Notes under the pieces: generated by a model
What the model was told of the DNA's origin: nothing
The model's input: the letters and a program-made list of their open reading frames with translations, nothing else
Database searches by the model: none
Assembly (NCBI GenBank): GCA_964016885.1
Contig: OZ024743.1
Coordinates: 348,750,001 to 348,814,000, forward strand
Length of the DNA stretch: 64,000 bases
Direction: 5' to 3'
DNA from: Eledone cirrhosa
Taxonomy: Eukaryota
In this document: piece by piece, positions 12,983 through 25,169 of the stretch
Layout of the letters: each line of letters begins with the position of its first letter
How positions within the stretch are numbered: the stretch's first letter is position 1
Program-made: the position numbers and the translations under genes

Positions 12983-12986
<4 letters not shown>
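12812..12986. mobile_element. Fold-back PLE-type terminal fragment between (TA)n tracts, with a near-perfect ~80-bp palindrome (axis 12854)
   Basis: AGATCAAAAGATGGTTAAAGGAGTTCCATGTATTTTA-A-TAAAATACATGGAACTCCTTTAACCATCTTTTGATCT. The arms and 12935-12985 recur at 56927-56970 and 56717-56768. Confidence 0.8.
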
Positions 12987-13039
<53 letters not shown>

Positions 13040-13044
<5 letters not shown>

Positions 13045-13268
13045 TACAAATATTAATAAAATAGATGTTCTTTTGATCAATTACATTTTATTATACATAT
13101 TTCGGATGTACAACAGTACGTCCTCATCAGACAAAATATAATAATACATGACATACCCTGAGTTGTTAAATGGTTAAGATTTGGACGTACTGTTGTACAT
13201 CCGAAATATGTATAATAAAATGTAATTGATCAAAAGAATATCTATTTTATTAATATTTGTATTTTAAT
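13040..13268. mobile_element. Fold-back element, about 85-bp arms (13040-13123 and 13183-13268), next to (TA)n
   Basis: Arms are reverse complements with few mismatches; the left arm runs on into a complete hammerhead core. Confidence 0.85.
13085..13137 (-). ncRNA. Minimal type-I hammerhead ribozyme
   Basis: Minus strand: AUUUUGU CUGAUGA GGACGUAC UGUU GUACAUCC GAAAU AUGU AUA^ AUAAAAU. Core intact, stems I and II pair, 2-bp stem III. Confidence 0.85.
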
Positions 13269-13361
13269 ATTAATAACTCTGGAAAATATTTTTTTCGTAG
13301 AGTGCTTCCAATCTACTGTAAAACTCATTCTTTGATATACTCATAGAATCTTGTTTAACTC

Positions 13362-13424
<63 letters not shown>

Positions 13425-14089
13425 AAAATGGAACGGGAACAAAACAAAGAGGCAGTACGAACAAAGGTTTATTAGTTTCACGCTCTTGAGAGTGTGTGTG
13501 GGGGGGGGGACTTTTCAGGCGAAAAGTGTTTGGGAATAGAGTTCCGAGGGTGTGTAGGGGAGTGGAGGAGAGGCATTTAGAAAAAAAGAGGTGGGTAGAA
13601 GAAAGGGAGGAAAAACGGTGGAAGAGGTACAAATAAAAGTAAATATAAAAAAATAAAAATAAAAATAAACATGAAGATAAACAAGTGGTGGAAGTATGTG
13701 GGGCGTGTAGGGGTGGTGGCGGGTGGAGTAGGGAGTGGGAGGCGGAGTGTCCGAGAGGGGAGGGCTGAAGGTGGTGTATGTGTGTAGGTGTACGTGTGTG
13801 TGTGTGTATGTGAATGTGAGAGTTGGGGGAAGAACGAGGTTCCATGTTCAGGAAAAGTTGTGTGTATGAGGTGGGGTGTAGGTCGGTGTGTGTGCGCCTG
13901 TGGATGTGGAGGTGTGGGGGAGGGGGGAGAGGATTCCGGAGGCTGAGTGTGTATATATGTGGGGGTACGCATGTGTGTGTGGTGTTTATACGTATTGTGG
14001 ATGTAGGTGGCGTGGTTCGAAATAAATGTTTGTGAGTGTATGTCCGTGGGTAAGTTCCTAATATATGTTTATACATGTGAATAGAGTTC

Positions 14090-14712
14090 TACTGAAGCAG
14101 TTAGAGAAGTTCAAGTATCTTGGAGCCGTGTTCATGAGAGGTGGAATGCAGAAGGGTGAATTAAGTGCAAGAATTGCAAAAGCTGATGCAGTAATGCGCC
14201 AGCTTCAGCATTCAGCAATCAGAAGAAGGAGGTAGGTGTAAAAGCCAAACTCGCTGTCTTCCTGGTATTCCTGCCAACTCTTACCGAGGATCATGAATCA
14301 TGAGTAATAAGCAAAAGAATACAATTGCAAATAAAAGCGGCAGAAATGGGATTCCTCCGAAGAGTCTTTGGAGTAACGTTACTCGATAAGGTGCATAGCT
14401 CAGAGAGCAGAGAATCACTCATGGTAGGGCCGCTTCTTCTCCGAATTGAGATATCACAATTCCGATATTATGAGCATGTGGTTAGAATGTCTCAGAAAAG
14501 AACCACTGGAAATATTTTACAGGCAAAATCAACCGGCAAGGGACCTAGAGGTAGACCCTGAGCAAGATAGTTGCATAACATCCATGAGCTTGGCTGGTCT
14601 CACTTTGGGATCCAGCTGGATCAGTTAGAGATGTTTGCTTCTGACAGACTCGCTGGAAGGAGTGTTTGAGAAGGATTCTGCCCACACGACTCTCTCAGAA
14701 ATAAGAAGAAGA
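14090..14712 (+). mobile_element. Decayed RTE-clade LINE 3' fragment
   Basis: EKFKYLG, QIKAAEMGFLRRVFGVTLLDKV, GKGPRGRP; ends in a short GAA run. Confidence 0.8.
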
Positions 14713-15745
14713 TGTTGTCGATTTATTTTTCAATTTACATATATATATTTGCGTATAATACCAATATGGACTCTACATATGCTAGCAGAAAACCACCGGG
14801 GGGAGGTTTTGCTGTTGGGACCTGTAATGTTCTCCTAAATGCGAAATCTAGTTTCATTGTGTTATTATATTGTGCTGTGTGTGCTTGAACATATGATAAC
14901 TTCTTCATCGGTTTTGAAGATGTTACTTCAGCTGTTGGAACGCTGAATGGCCAGCTCGTGAATTAACATGTAATTAGTTGTGTATTGCACTGACACGAAC
15001 ACTATTAACAGAATTCTCGAGCCGACTAATTGTGACAGTGTTTGACAAGTCTCGATCTTTGAATTACTGTTGCAATCAATTATCCGGTCTTCTGCACATT
15101 TTGCATCTACACAATTTCACTCACAAGACCTGGCTCAACGAGAAGTTGGTATTTTTCAAAGATTACCGCGCAGTAATATCGAACTATGGAAATAAATTCT
15201 TAAACTCGCAAATACGCCTGCGTCTAGTGTGTACATTTCATATCGCTGGAGATTTGGTTGAATTTTTCCATTGAAATGTCTATGGCCTCAGTGTAGGATT
15301 AAGTTAGTGCGAGTATCGTAGAATATATTATATACGGAATCTATAAAGGTTAAAAAAAATTGTATCAAATTAAAATGAAGCCCTTAGAATAGCGGATCTG
15401 AAATTTAGAGTCCGTTACAAATGCCGCTCTTGCTGCTAGGATAATCAGGTACTGTTTGACCTCAATCACTATTTTAATTTTAATTTTTTTTTCTTTTGAT
15501 TGATAATAAGGAATCCCATATATCTGCCCAGTTCAGATCAGAACTACGACACTCACTGTCTTCGATCCTGCATAATGCATTTCCATAGCTAAAATATTGA
15601 AATATAAGATAAAAATATAAATCTGGGTCTTTTTGTTTTACTTTGAATATTTTTCTTGTGATTTTGTGCTCACTCACTGATTTCCAATTGCACTGTTGTG
15701 GTTTTCTCAATCATCTGTGCATATGTATATATAAATATATATATT

Positions 15746-15791
<46 letters not shown>

Positions 15792-16653
15792 TGTGCATGC
15801 ATATGCATATATACATGTACGTATAAATGCATATTTATATTTGTATATATATATATATATATACAAAAAGTCGGAAACGAAGAAGAAGAAGAAGAAGAAG
15901 AAGAAGAAGAAGAAGAAGAAGAAGAAGAAGAAGAAGAAGAAGAAGGTGGCATTAAATATGATGCTCAGTAACAGCATGTGTTCATGTCTGAGAAGCCATA
16001 CTCTATTGCAAGTTTTGTGGAAGTGGTGTGAGGTGAATGGGATGGCGCTATTTCAAGTGTGATCAAGGTGATAGCTACGCGATATCGTAATTAGCAGAAA
16101 ATTAACTCAAGTGCTTAGATCAGATTTCTTAACAAGCTGTCTGCCAAAATAGATGACATTAGAGGCAAAAAACTAAACAAAACAAGCAGCAACAACAATA
16201 AAAACAACAACAACTACGTCAATATCAAGAGCAGCAAAAACATCAACACCATGAACAACAACCAATGCTACTGAAAATCCGTGGTGATGACAGCAACACC
16301 AACATCAGCAGCAATCAAATCAGCTGCAATGATTGCAACGTTAGACACTCTAACATTGGTGTAGTGCAGTTACAACAACAATCACATCGGCAGACAGTGC
16401 ATTAGCTAACAACAGCAACAATCAGGCACGGTTTCCTTTCCTTAAACGATGTGCCAGTCGGAACGACTTAATTCCTGCGAAACAAATCAATTAGTTAATA
16501 TGGTAATATTGGAATACTGGCATATATTATGTCTTTATGCTATGAAGTAAGACATAGAAATAAAAAAAAAAAAAAAAGAAAACAGAATTACATTGCACTA
16601 CATTGACATTATACTAAGCTATACTAGACGGCATTAGATTACATTATACTAAA

Positions 16654-16823
16654 TATCCGTAGAGGGTCGGGACGCCATGCTTTGCAGCACAGTAACGTCC
16701 CTTTACAAATTGCGTTCAAATCCCGCCGAGGATAACTTTGCCTTTCATCCTTACGGGGTCGATAAAATAAAGTACCAGTAATACACTGGTATAATTGCTG
16801 TCCTTGTGCCAAAAGTAGAAACA
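16654..16823 (+). mobile_element. SINE family A with TSD ATTATACTAAA
   Basis: Family core; direct repeat at 16643-16653 and 16824-16834. Confidence 0.9.
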
Positions 16824-17024
16824 ATTATACTAAAGTACACTACACTACATTACAATGCATAATGTATGCTTCATCAGCTTCAACGATTAGCATTAAGTCG
16901 TTTAATCAACTGGTTTTCTAACACGTGAAGTAACTGATACGTTAAGAATTTCACAATTTCGTGTAACATTAACGTACTTCTCAGGGAGATTCAACCTGAC
17001 ACAATAAGTGACAAGGCTGGAATG

Positions 17025-20000
17025 TATTCAGCATGAAGAAAAGCGATGACATCTGCTGAGACATACTGTTGTGATGTTGTTTGGGATATATCATTGATGT
17101 ACAGGATGAAGGTCATTGGGTTAGTACTGTGCCTTGAGGGAAGTCATTAAGAAGGCGGTGCAGTCTGCAGGTGTGTCAATTGCTGGTCTTCATTAGGAAG
17201 GCGGTGCAGTCTGCATGTTTGTCCATCGCTGGTCTTCATTAGGAAGGCGGTGCAGTCTGCATGTTTGTCCATCCCTGGTCTTCATTAGGAAGGCGGTGCA
17301 GTCTGCAGGTGTGTCCATCGCTGGTCTTCATTAGGAAGGCGGTGCAGTCTGCATGTTTGTCCATCGCTGGTCTTCATTAGGAAGGCGGTGCAGTCTGCAT
17401 GTTTGTCCATCGCTGGTCTTCATTAGGAAGGCGGTGCAGTCTGCATGTTTGTCCATCGCTGGTCTTCATTAGGAAGGCGGTGCAGTCTGCATGTTTGTCC
17501 ATCGCTGGTCTTCATTAGGAAGGCGGTGCAGTCTGCATGTTTGTCCATCGCTGGTCTTCATTAGGAAGGCGGTGCAGTCTGCAGGTGTGTCCATCGCTGG
17601 TCTTCATTAGGAAGGCGGTGCAGTCTGCATGTTTGTCCATCGCTGGTCTTCATTAGGAAGGCGGTGCAGTCTGCATGTTTGTCCATCGCTGGTCTTCATT
17701 AGTAAGGCGGTGCAGTCTGCAGGTGTGTCCATCGCTGGTCTTCATTAGTAAGGCGGTGCAGTCTGCAGGTGTGTCCATCGCTGGTCTTCATTAGGAAGGC
17801 GGTGCAGTCTGCAGGTGTGTCCATCGCTGGTCTTCATTGGGAAGGCGGTGCAGTCTGCATGTTTGTCCATCGCTGGTCTTCATTAGGAAGGCGGTGCAGT
17901 CTGCATGTTTGTCCATCGCTGGTCTTCATTAGGAAGGCAGTGCAGTCTGCAGGTGTGTCCATCGCTGGTCTTCATTAGTAAGGCGGTGCAGTCTGCATGT
18001 TTGTCCATCGCTGGTCTTCATTAGGAAGGCGGTGCAGTCTGCATGTTTGTCCATCGCTGGTCTTCATTAGGAAGGCGGTGCAGTCTGCATGTTTGTCCAT
18101 CGCTGGTCTTCATTAGGAAGGCGGTGCAGTCTGCATGTTTGTCCATCGCTGGTCTTCATTAGTAAGGCGGTGCAGTCTGCAGGTGTGTCCATCGCTGGTC
18201 TTCATTAGGAAGGCGGTGCAGTCTGCAGGTGTGTCCATCGCTGGTCTTCATTAGGAAGGCGGTGCAGTCTGCATGTTTGTCCATCGCTGGTCTTCATTAG
18301 GAAGGCGGTGCAGTCTGCATGTTTGTCCATCGCTGGTCTTCATTAGGAAGGCGGTGCAGTCTGCATGTTTGTCCATGGCTGGTCTTCATTAGGAAGGCGG
18401 TGCAGTCTGCATGTTTGTCCATCGCTGGTCTTCATTAGGAAGGCAGTGCAGTCTGCAGGTGTGTCCATCGCTGGTCTTCATTAGGAAGGCGGTGCAGTCT
18501 GCATGTTTGTCCATCGCTGGTCTTCATTAGGAAGGCGGTGCAGTCTGCATGTTTGTCCATCGCTGGTCTTCATTAGGAAGGCGGTGCAGTCTGCATGTTT
18601 GTCCATCGCTGGTCTTCATTAGGAAGGCAGTGCAGTCTGCAGGTGTGTCCATCGCTGGTCTTCATTAGGAAGGCGGTGCAGTCTGCATGTTTGTCCATCG
18701 CTGGTCTTCATTAGGAAGGCGGTGCAGTCTGCATGTTTGTCCATCGCTGGTCTTCATTAGGAAGGCGGTGCAGTCTGCATGTTTGTCCATCGCTGGTCTT
18801 CATTAGGAAGGCAGTGCAGTCTGCAGGTGTGTCCATCGCTGGTCTTCATTAGGAAGGCGGTGCAGTCTGCATGTTTGTCCATCGCTGGTCTTCATTAGGA
18901 AGGCGGTGCAGTCTGCATGTTTGTCCATCGCTGGTCTTCATTAGGAAGGCAGTGCAGTCTGCAGGTGTGTCCATCGCTGGTCTTCATTAGGAAGGCGGTG
19001 CAGTCTGCATGTTTGTCCATCGCTGGTCTTCATTAGGAAGGCGGTGCAGTCTGCAGGTGTGTCCATCCCTGGTCTTCATTAGGAAGGCGGTGCAGTCTGC
19101 ATGTTTGTCCATCGCTGGTCTTCATTAGGAAGGCGGTGCAGTCTGCATGTTTGTCCATCGCTGGTCTTCATTAGTAAGGCGGTGCAGTCTGCAGGTGTGT
19201 CCATCGCTGGTCTTCATTAGGAAGGCGGTGCAGTCTGCATGTTTGTCCATCCCTGGTCTTCATTAGGAAGGCGGTGCAGTCTGCATGCTTGTCCATCGCT
19301 GGTCTTCATTAGGAAGGCGGTGCAGTCTGCAGGTGTGTCCATCGCTGGTCTTCATTAGGAAGGCGGTGCAGTCTGCAGGTGTGTCCATCGCTGGTCTTCA
19401 TTAGGAAGGCGGTGCAGTCTGCAGGTGTGTCCATCGCTGGTCTTCATTAGGAAGGCGGTGCAGTCTGCAGGTGTGTCCATCGCTGGTCTTCATTAGGAAG
19501 GCGGTGCAGTCTGCATGCTTGTCCATCGCTGGTCTTCATTAGGAAGGCGGTGCAGTCTGCAGGTGTGTCCATCGCTGGTCTTCATTAGGAAGGCGGTGCA
19601 GTCTGCAGGTGTGTCCATCGCTGGTCTTCATTAGGAAGGCGGTGCAGTCTGCAGGTGTGTCCATCGCTGGTCTTCATTAGGAAGGCGGTGCAGTCTGCAG
19701 GTGTGTCCATCGCTGGTCTTCATTAGGAAGGCGGTGCAGTCTGCAGGTTTGTCCATCGCTGGTCTTCATTAGGAAGGCGGTGCAGTCTGCATGTTTGTCC
19801 ATGGCTGGTCTTCATTAGGAAGGCGGTGCAGTCTGCAGGTGTGTCCATCGCTGGTCTTCATTAGGAAGGCGGTGCAGTCTGCATATTTGTCCATGGCTGG
19901 TCTTCATTAGGAAGGCGGTGCAGTCTGCAGGTTTGTCCATCCCTGGTCTTCATTAGGAAGGCGGTGCAGTCTGCATGTTTGTCCATCGCTGGTCTTCATT

Positions 20001-20760
20001 AGGAAGGCAGTGCAGTCTGCAGGTTTGTCCATCCCTGGTCTTCAGTACAAAACTTCAGTTAGCTACGGTGTGGCAACATGGCACAGTCAGGAATTGCTCT
20101 AATAAACATACTTAGAAGTTACATAAACATACTTATAACAGCATCTTAACACTGACCAGGGGATGCATCGGTCCCACATCAGCTGAATATCTCCCTGTAT
20201 TCTCAAGCCCTGTTCCTGTACCTCTTCATAAAGTGCATAACAGACACAGATTGATAAGCATGGCCTCAGTAGGCTCAAGTTTTCTGCTGCATAACATCAG
20301 CTAGCAGATAAACACCGGTTGGTGACACTCCACCATTTCCCTCGTCACACACTAAAGCTGCGAAACTCAAATTTCAACATGCTTCAAACGTGGTGAGTTA
20401 GCTGGCAATAGACATCTCGACCGGCCTACCTGAATTTCAACTCTGATATAGCCTTCCACCAGACGTCAACCTCTCATGGAGTGAGTGGGTGTCCTTGAAT
20501 CGACTGCGCACAGAGGTGGCGGTCTAAACAATGCAGCCATGCACCACTGGAAGCTTCGGCCAGCAGCAGCTTGCAAGTGTGGCTCATCAGAGAAGACTGA
20601 AGAACATAGACTGAGTGCCCGGATCTTCTTCCAACTGTGAGTATGAATCCCACTACCATACCTGGTTGCAGAGTCTGAGGGATGTCACGTGATTGCTGTC
20701 CCGTAGGAAAGAAAAGGTAGGCAATTTTAGACTTTGAATTGTAACTAAAATCCATCCGAC
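17025..20760. mobile_element. Decayed, rearranged I-group (Ingi/Vingi-like) LINE: RT core on minus strand (17025-20060, containing the satellite), C-terminal part on plus strand (about 20140-20700)
   Basis: Minus: SFVLKT.DGQTCRLHRLLNDFPQGTVL/PMTFILYINDISQTTSQQYVSADVIA (RT motifs B and C). Plus: LPPDVNLSWSEWVSLNRLRT..MHHWKLRPAAACKCGSSEKTEEH. The clade call is from remembered motif similarity. Confidence 0.7.
17144..20044. repeat. 46-bp tandem repeat array, 63 units
   Basis: Unit TTAGGAAGGCGGTGCAGTCTGCA(T/G)GT(T/G)TGTCCATCGCTGGTCTTCA; head-to-tail, no spacers, few variants. Confidence 0.97.
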
Positions 20761-20997
20761 AGACCACAAGCTGTTTCTGTCTCTACAATTACACTCTCAT
20801 AGTTTGTAGCGAGGCTAATGGAGATGACACTTTCCTAATATGCCATGATTGTAAAATGAAGATCTCATGATTGTAAAATGAACATCTTGAATAACTGCAT
20901 CCTGAATAAATATTTCTACACTAACATACTATATTAAAAATGATTATAGCAAATCATATTGTATAGACATGAAATAAGTTTATACTATGCTATGCTA

Positions 20998-21149
20998 TCT
21001 TCTTCTTCTTCTTCTTCTTCTTCTTCTTCTTCTTCTTCTTCTTCTTCTTCTTCTTCTTCTTCTTCTTCTTCTTCTTCTTCTTCTTCTTCTTCTTCTTCTT
21101 CTTCTTCTTCTTCTTCTTCTTCTTCTTCTTCTTCTTCTTCTTCTTCTTC
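20998..21149. repeat. (TTC)n microsatellite
   Basis: Pure trinucleotide run at the 3' end of a minus-strand RTE copy. Confidence 0.95.
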
Positions 21150-21985
21150 CTAGAATCCCCAAGCGTCACCAGCCGACCTCCTAGGAATTTATTCCTGGGT
21201 CTCCCCCTCTTTGTTTTTGCACGTAAAATCTGTTCAGGGATTCTTTCCTGCAACATTCCAACCACATGCCCATAGTATCGGAGCTCTAATCTCTCTATTC
21301 GGAGAAGTAAAGCTTCTCAACTGGAATGACCCTCTCATATCTAAGCAACGCACTCTATAGAGTAACGTTACTCTAAAGACCCATCGGAGGAAACCCATTG
21401 CAGCCGTTTGTATTAACGATCGTATTATTTCGGTCATTACCCAAGGTAATTAGGTAATTAGGCAAGGGTTGGTTCGAATACCGAATTTGAAGATAGTGAG
21501 TTTGACTTTTACAGCTACATTGCTTCTTATTACCAAAGGCTGAAGTTTGCGCATTACTGCCTTCCATCACTCGTAAACAATGCCCCGAGTTACTTGAACT
21601 TCTCTACCTGCTTCAATGAGACTCCACTCACATTTAGAGTACACTTCTTCATTTTCTTCTCCGGAAGAGTGTCTCAGTTTTGGCAGCATTGATTTTCCTT
21701 CCAGCCATGCAGCACTCGGCATCAAACCTATCAAATGCAAATCGAAGATCATCTTTTGTCAAGTTAAGTAACACCATTTCGTCTGCAAATTCCACTCGAC
21801 AGATTTTACAGCCGCCTGTCATCATACAACTTCCAGACCTGCTGCGCATCTTAATCCTCTTCATGTAAATAATGAACAGGAGAGGTGACAATACGCACCC
21901 CTGGCGGAATCCGATTCCTACATTGAATGGTTTCGATTTAGCACCATTTATCCGAACACAAATACTCGGGTATTCGGATAGAAAC
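21150..21985 (-). mobile_element. Decayed RTE-clade LINE 3' fragment
   Basis: GFRQGCVLSPLLFIIYM, EFADEMVLL, KINAAKTE, IQTAAMGFLRWVFRVTLL, KRGRPR. Confidence 0.85.
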
Positions 21986-22168
21986 ATGAAACCAACATAG
22001 TTAAATAAAATTTATCAAAAGCAAACATGTTTCCATATGTGTATATTATTCAATAGAGCTATTTACATACATACATAAATACACAGGTAGAAACATATAT
22101 ATGTAAGTACAGGAATACATAGATACATATGATATATTCTGCCTAGCATGCATAGATGCATGCATGTA

Positions 22169-22206
<38 letters not shown>

Positions 22207-22220
22207 CGCACACACACACA

Positions 22221-22329
<109 letters not shown>

Positions 22330-22930
22330 GTACATACATATCCGTGTTCAGATGCGCATACATACATAAATATTCATACGAAAACACACATGTAGACGTA
22401 GAAAACACATAAATACTCGAAAAATAAGGGGCAAAGGTCATATGTCCAAATGTTTTAACATGAATTATGTACTTCCTCCACGGCTTATTATAAATCATTC
22501 TGATAAATGATACTGTTAGGGGCGCTAAGAATGTTTAGAGGAAGGGAAAAACATTGATATAGAGAGAAATAAATACAACGAAAACAACGAAAAAGATAAT
22601 AGCGCCTACAACAGCAACAACGATACGAATAGCCTGGATGATGGCACGTAGCAACACCAGCAGCAGAAGTAAGAAATAAAGAGTTACATGAACAGATTCC
22701 TTCATTGTAGCACCTGTTGATAATCCTTATATTATAATATTTTATTCATTAACATAGAGGAGAGGACGAACGTAATTTGATAGGTCCTGCATAAATAACT
22801 TTTGATTTATTATTCATGTCCTTAATATAGCTCTTCTGTTTATGCATATTTTTTCTTCGCCGCTCCATTTCATACATGCATACATTCATACACTCATACA
22901 CACACACACGACCCCCTTCACACACACACT

Positions 22931-23013
<83 letters not shown>

Positions 23014-23199
23014 TTCATATTTAAAAAGATCCACTGTCAAAGAAAGCGCTCGTTTCCGAGCAAGAACCTTGGCGCTTTTATTAGTATATGGTGAGAAGGA
23101 ATTAGGAAGCGTTACATTAAATACGCCTGTGTCAACAACATCAAGGGGACAGAGAATGCAAGTCATCCTCCAAAACCAAACCAATGAAACAAATATAGC

Positions 23200-24090
23200 T
23201 ATAGAAATGATTGTATGAAAGAAGTGCAGGTCAAATCAACACGTAGCATTTAAATCTAGGAATGTCCTTTGCTTTGTCGCCCATTCACCCCCGATAGATT
23301 AATCATTTTCCATCAAATAACAACATATAAGATAACGTAGGGAATAGGCAAAACCACCCCCGATACTCCCTCTCGGGCAAAAAGAAAAGAAAAAGGAGTA
23401 CCAGGAATAGAAAATTGCCTACTCTTTCATCAGAAATGTTTCTTAAACTGTTAGTTGTGGAAGGAGTCCATGAGTGCGAAAAACAATTATTATGAAAATT
23501 GCTGAATATCATACACTTCAAGATACGATTACTTTAACTGCTGAAAATAGCAGACGAAATCCTTCAGGAAACCATCCTCTACTGTTGTAGTAAAATGAAG
23601 GAAACTTTGGATTATACATTCCTTGTGATAGAAAACGCGTGCGGAAGGAAATTGTACATTTTGTTGTGTGTCTGATATCTCTGTTATAATTTAATGAATC
23701 TCTGTCATAAAAATTGACATGGTAGTCACTCGTGTAGCGTTTTTTTTTTATCGTAGGTCTCATCGATTAGTGCCAACGTGGAACTAAACAACAAATATAA
23801 ATCCATAATTTAGTTTAATTTTTCTCGAAAGTGTGCTATGGTGACATACGGTGGGTCTTTGGCATTTTTATATTTAATGAAGTCAATTCCTCTAACATGT
23901 TTAAACATTGGAGATTACACCCAGAAAAAAAAGGAGAGTTGTAGTGGAAAGGGAGAAAGATACATCGGCTCTAGTATTAAACTGTTAATTTATTTGCCAA
24001 CAACTCTGAAAGGAGGAAAAACAAAGTCAACTTTAAAGGGAGTTGAATTCAGAGGACAGAGTCGAAACAAATACACAAAGGCATTCTAAG
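23200..24090 (-). mobile_element. Possible highly decayed PLE RT remnant
   Basis: Minus-strand DPPYVTI and MRPTIK...SDYHVNFYD resemble PLE APxYANI and HPTIKFT..INFLD, in the right order but very diverged. Confidence 0.3.
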
Positions 24091-24584
24091 GAAATCTACC
24101 AAAGGCCAATTCGCTGCCACCATATTTTCATGTGCTTACTTCATTTCATCATTTATAAATTCAAAAAGACATGGCGCAGTGTGACATACACACATTTTTT
24201 TATAAATTCTATTCATTTTTTCTTAGTCTTTCGTTCATAGCCAATGATTTCACTGATATAATCGCTAAATGTGTGAGCTAATTGTGGAGCTGAGGGAAAA
24301 GGTTTTAATGTAAATTATTTAATTGAATGTAGAAGGAGCTAACCCAAGCAAAGATTCAGATTTATTGGCTTCTGATATCATCTTTATGATTATCATGCAT
24401 ATATCTATTTAGGTATGCAAATGAATTATATCACACAGCTGGTTTTAAACGAGGGCAACAAAAAAATTACCATACAAAAAAAAATGGCCACATCCGTTAC
24501 ATGCACATACAAGAAGCTAGGTTCCAAAAAAATACACACATACAAGCATACGCACACAGATACAGACACACACACACACACATC

Positions 24585-24636
<52 letters not shown>

Positions 24637-24795
24637 TATATGCCTATACACATATATTATTCATATTCTACTCTTTCAGATAATCGTACATAAATTGCCA
24701 GTTAGCACAGACTATTTACTTTAATTATTCTCTTTGTTTCTGAGCATACTTGTTTTAAAAACTCACTCATACACACTGGCGACTGCAGAGAAACA

Positions 24796-24891
<96 letters not shown>

Positions 24892-24930
24892 ACACACACA
24901 CACATACACACACACACACACACATACACA

Positions 24931-24992
<62 letters not shown>

Positions 24993-25169
24993 ATACACAT
25001 ACGCACACACACACACACACTATCTCTCTCATTCAGTCACACACACCTATATCCCTCTCTATATATATAGATAGATAAATAGATATAGATATATATGACT
25101 TCTCCGTCTCTAGAAGTTTTTCATACAAATTAAACAGTTCTAGTACTCTAGAAGTTATTTCTGTATATA

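Noticed and set aside
17144-20044. 46-bp array as a CRISPR array
   Set aside because: Units are contiguous with no unique spacers, there are no cas genes, the context is eukaryotic, and the unit derives from LINE RT sequence.
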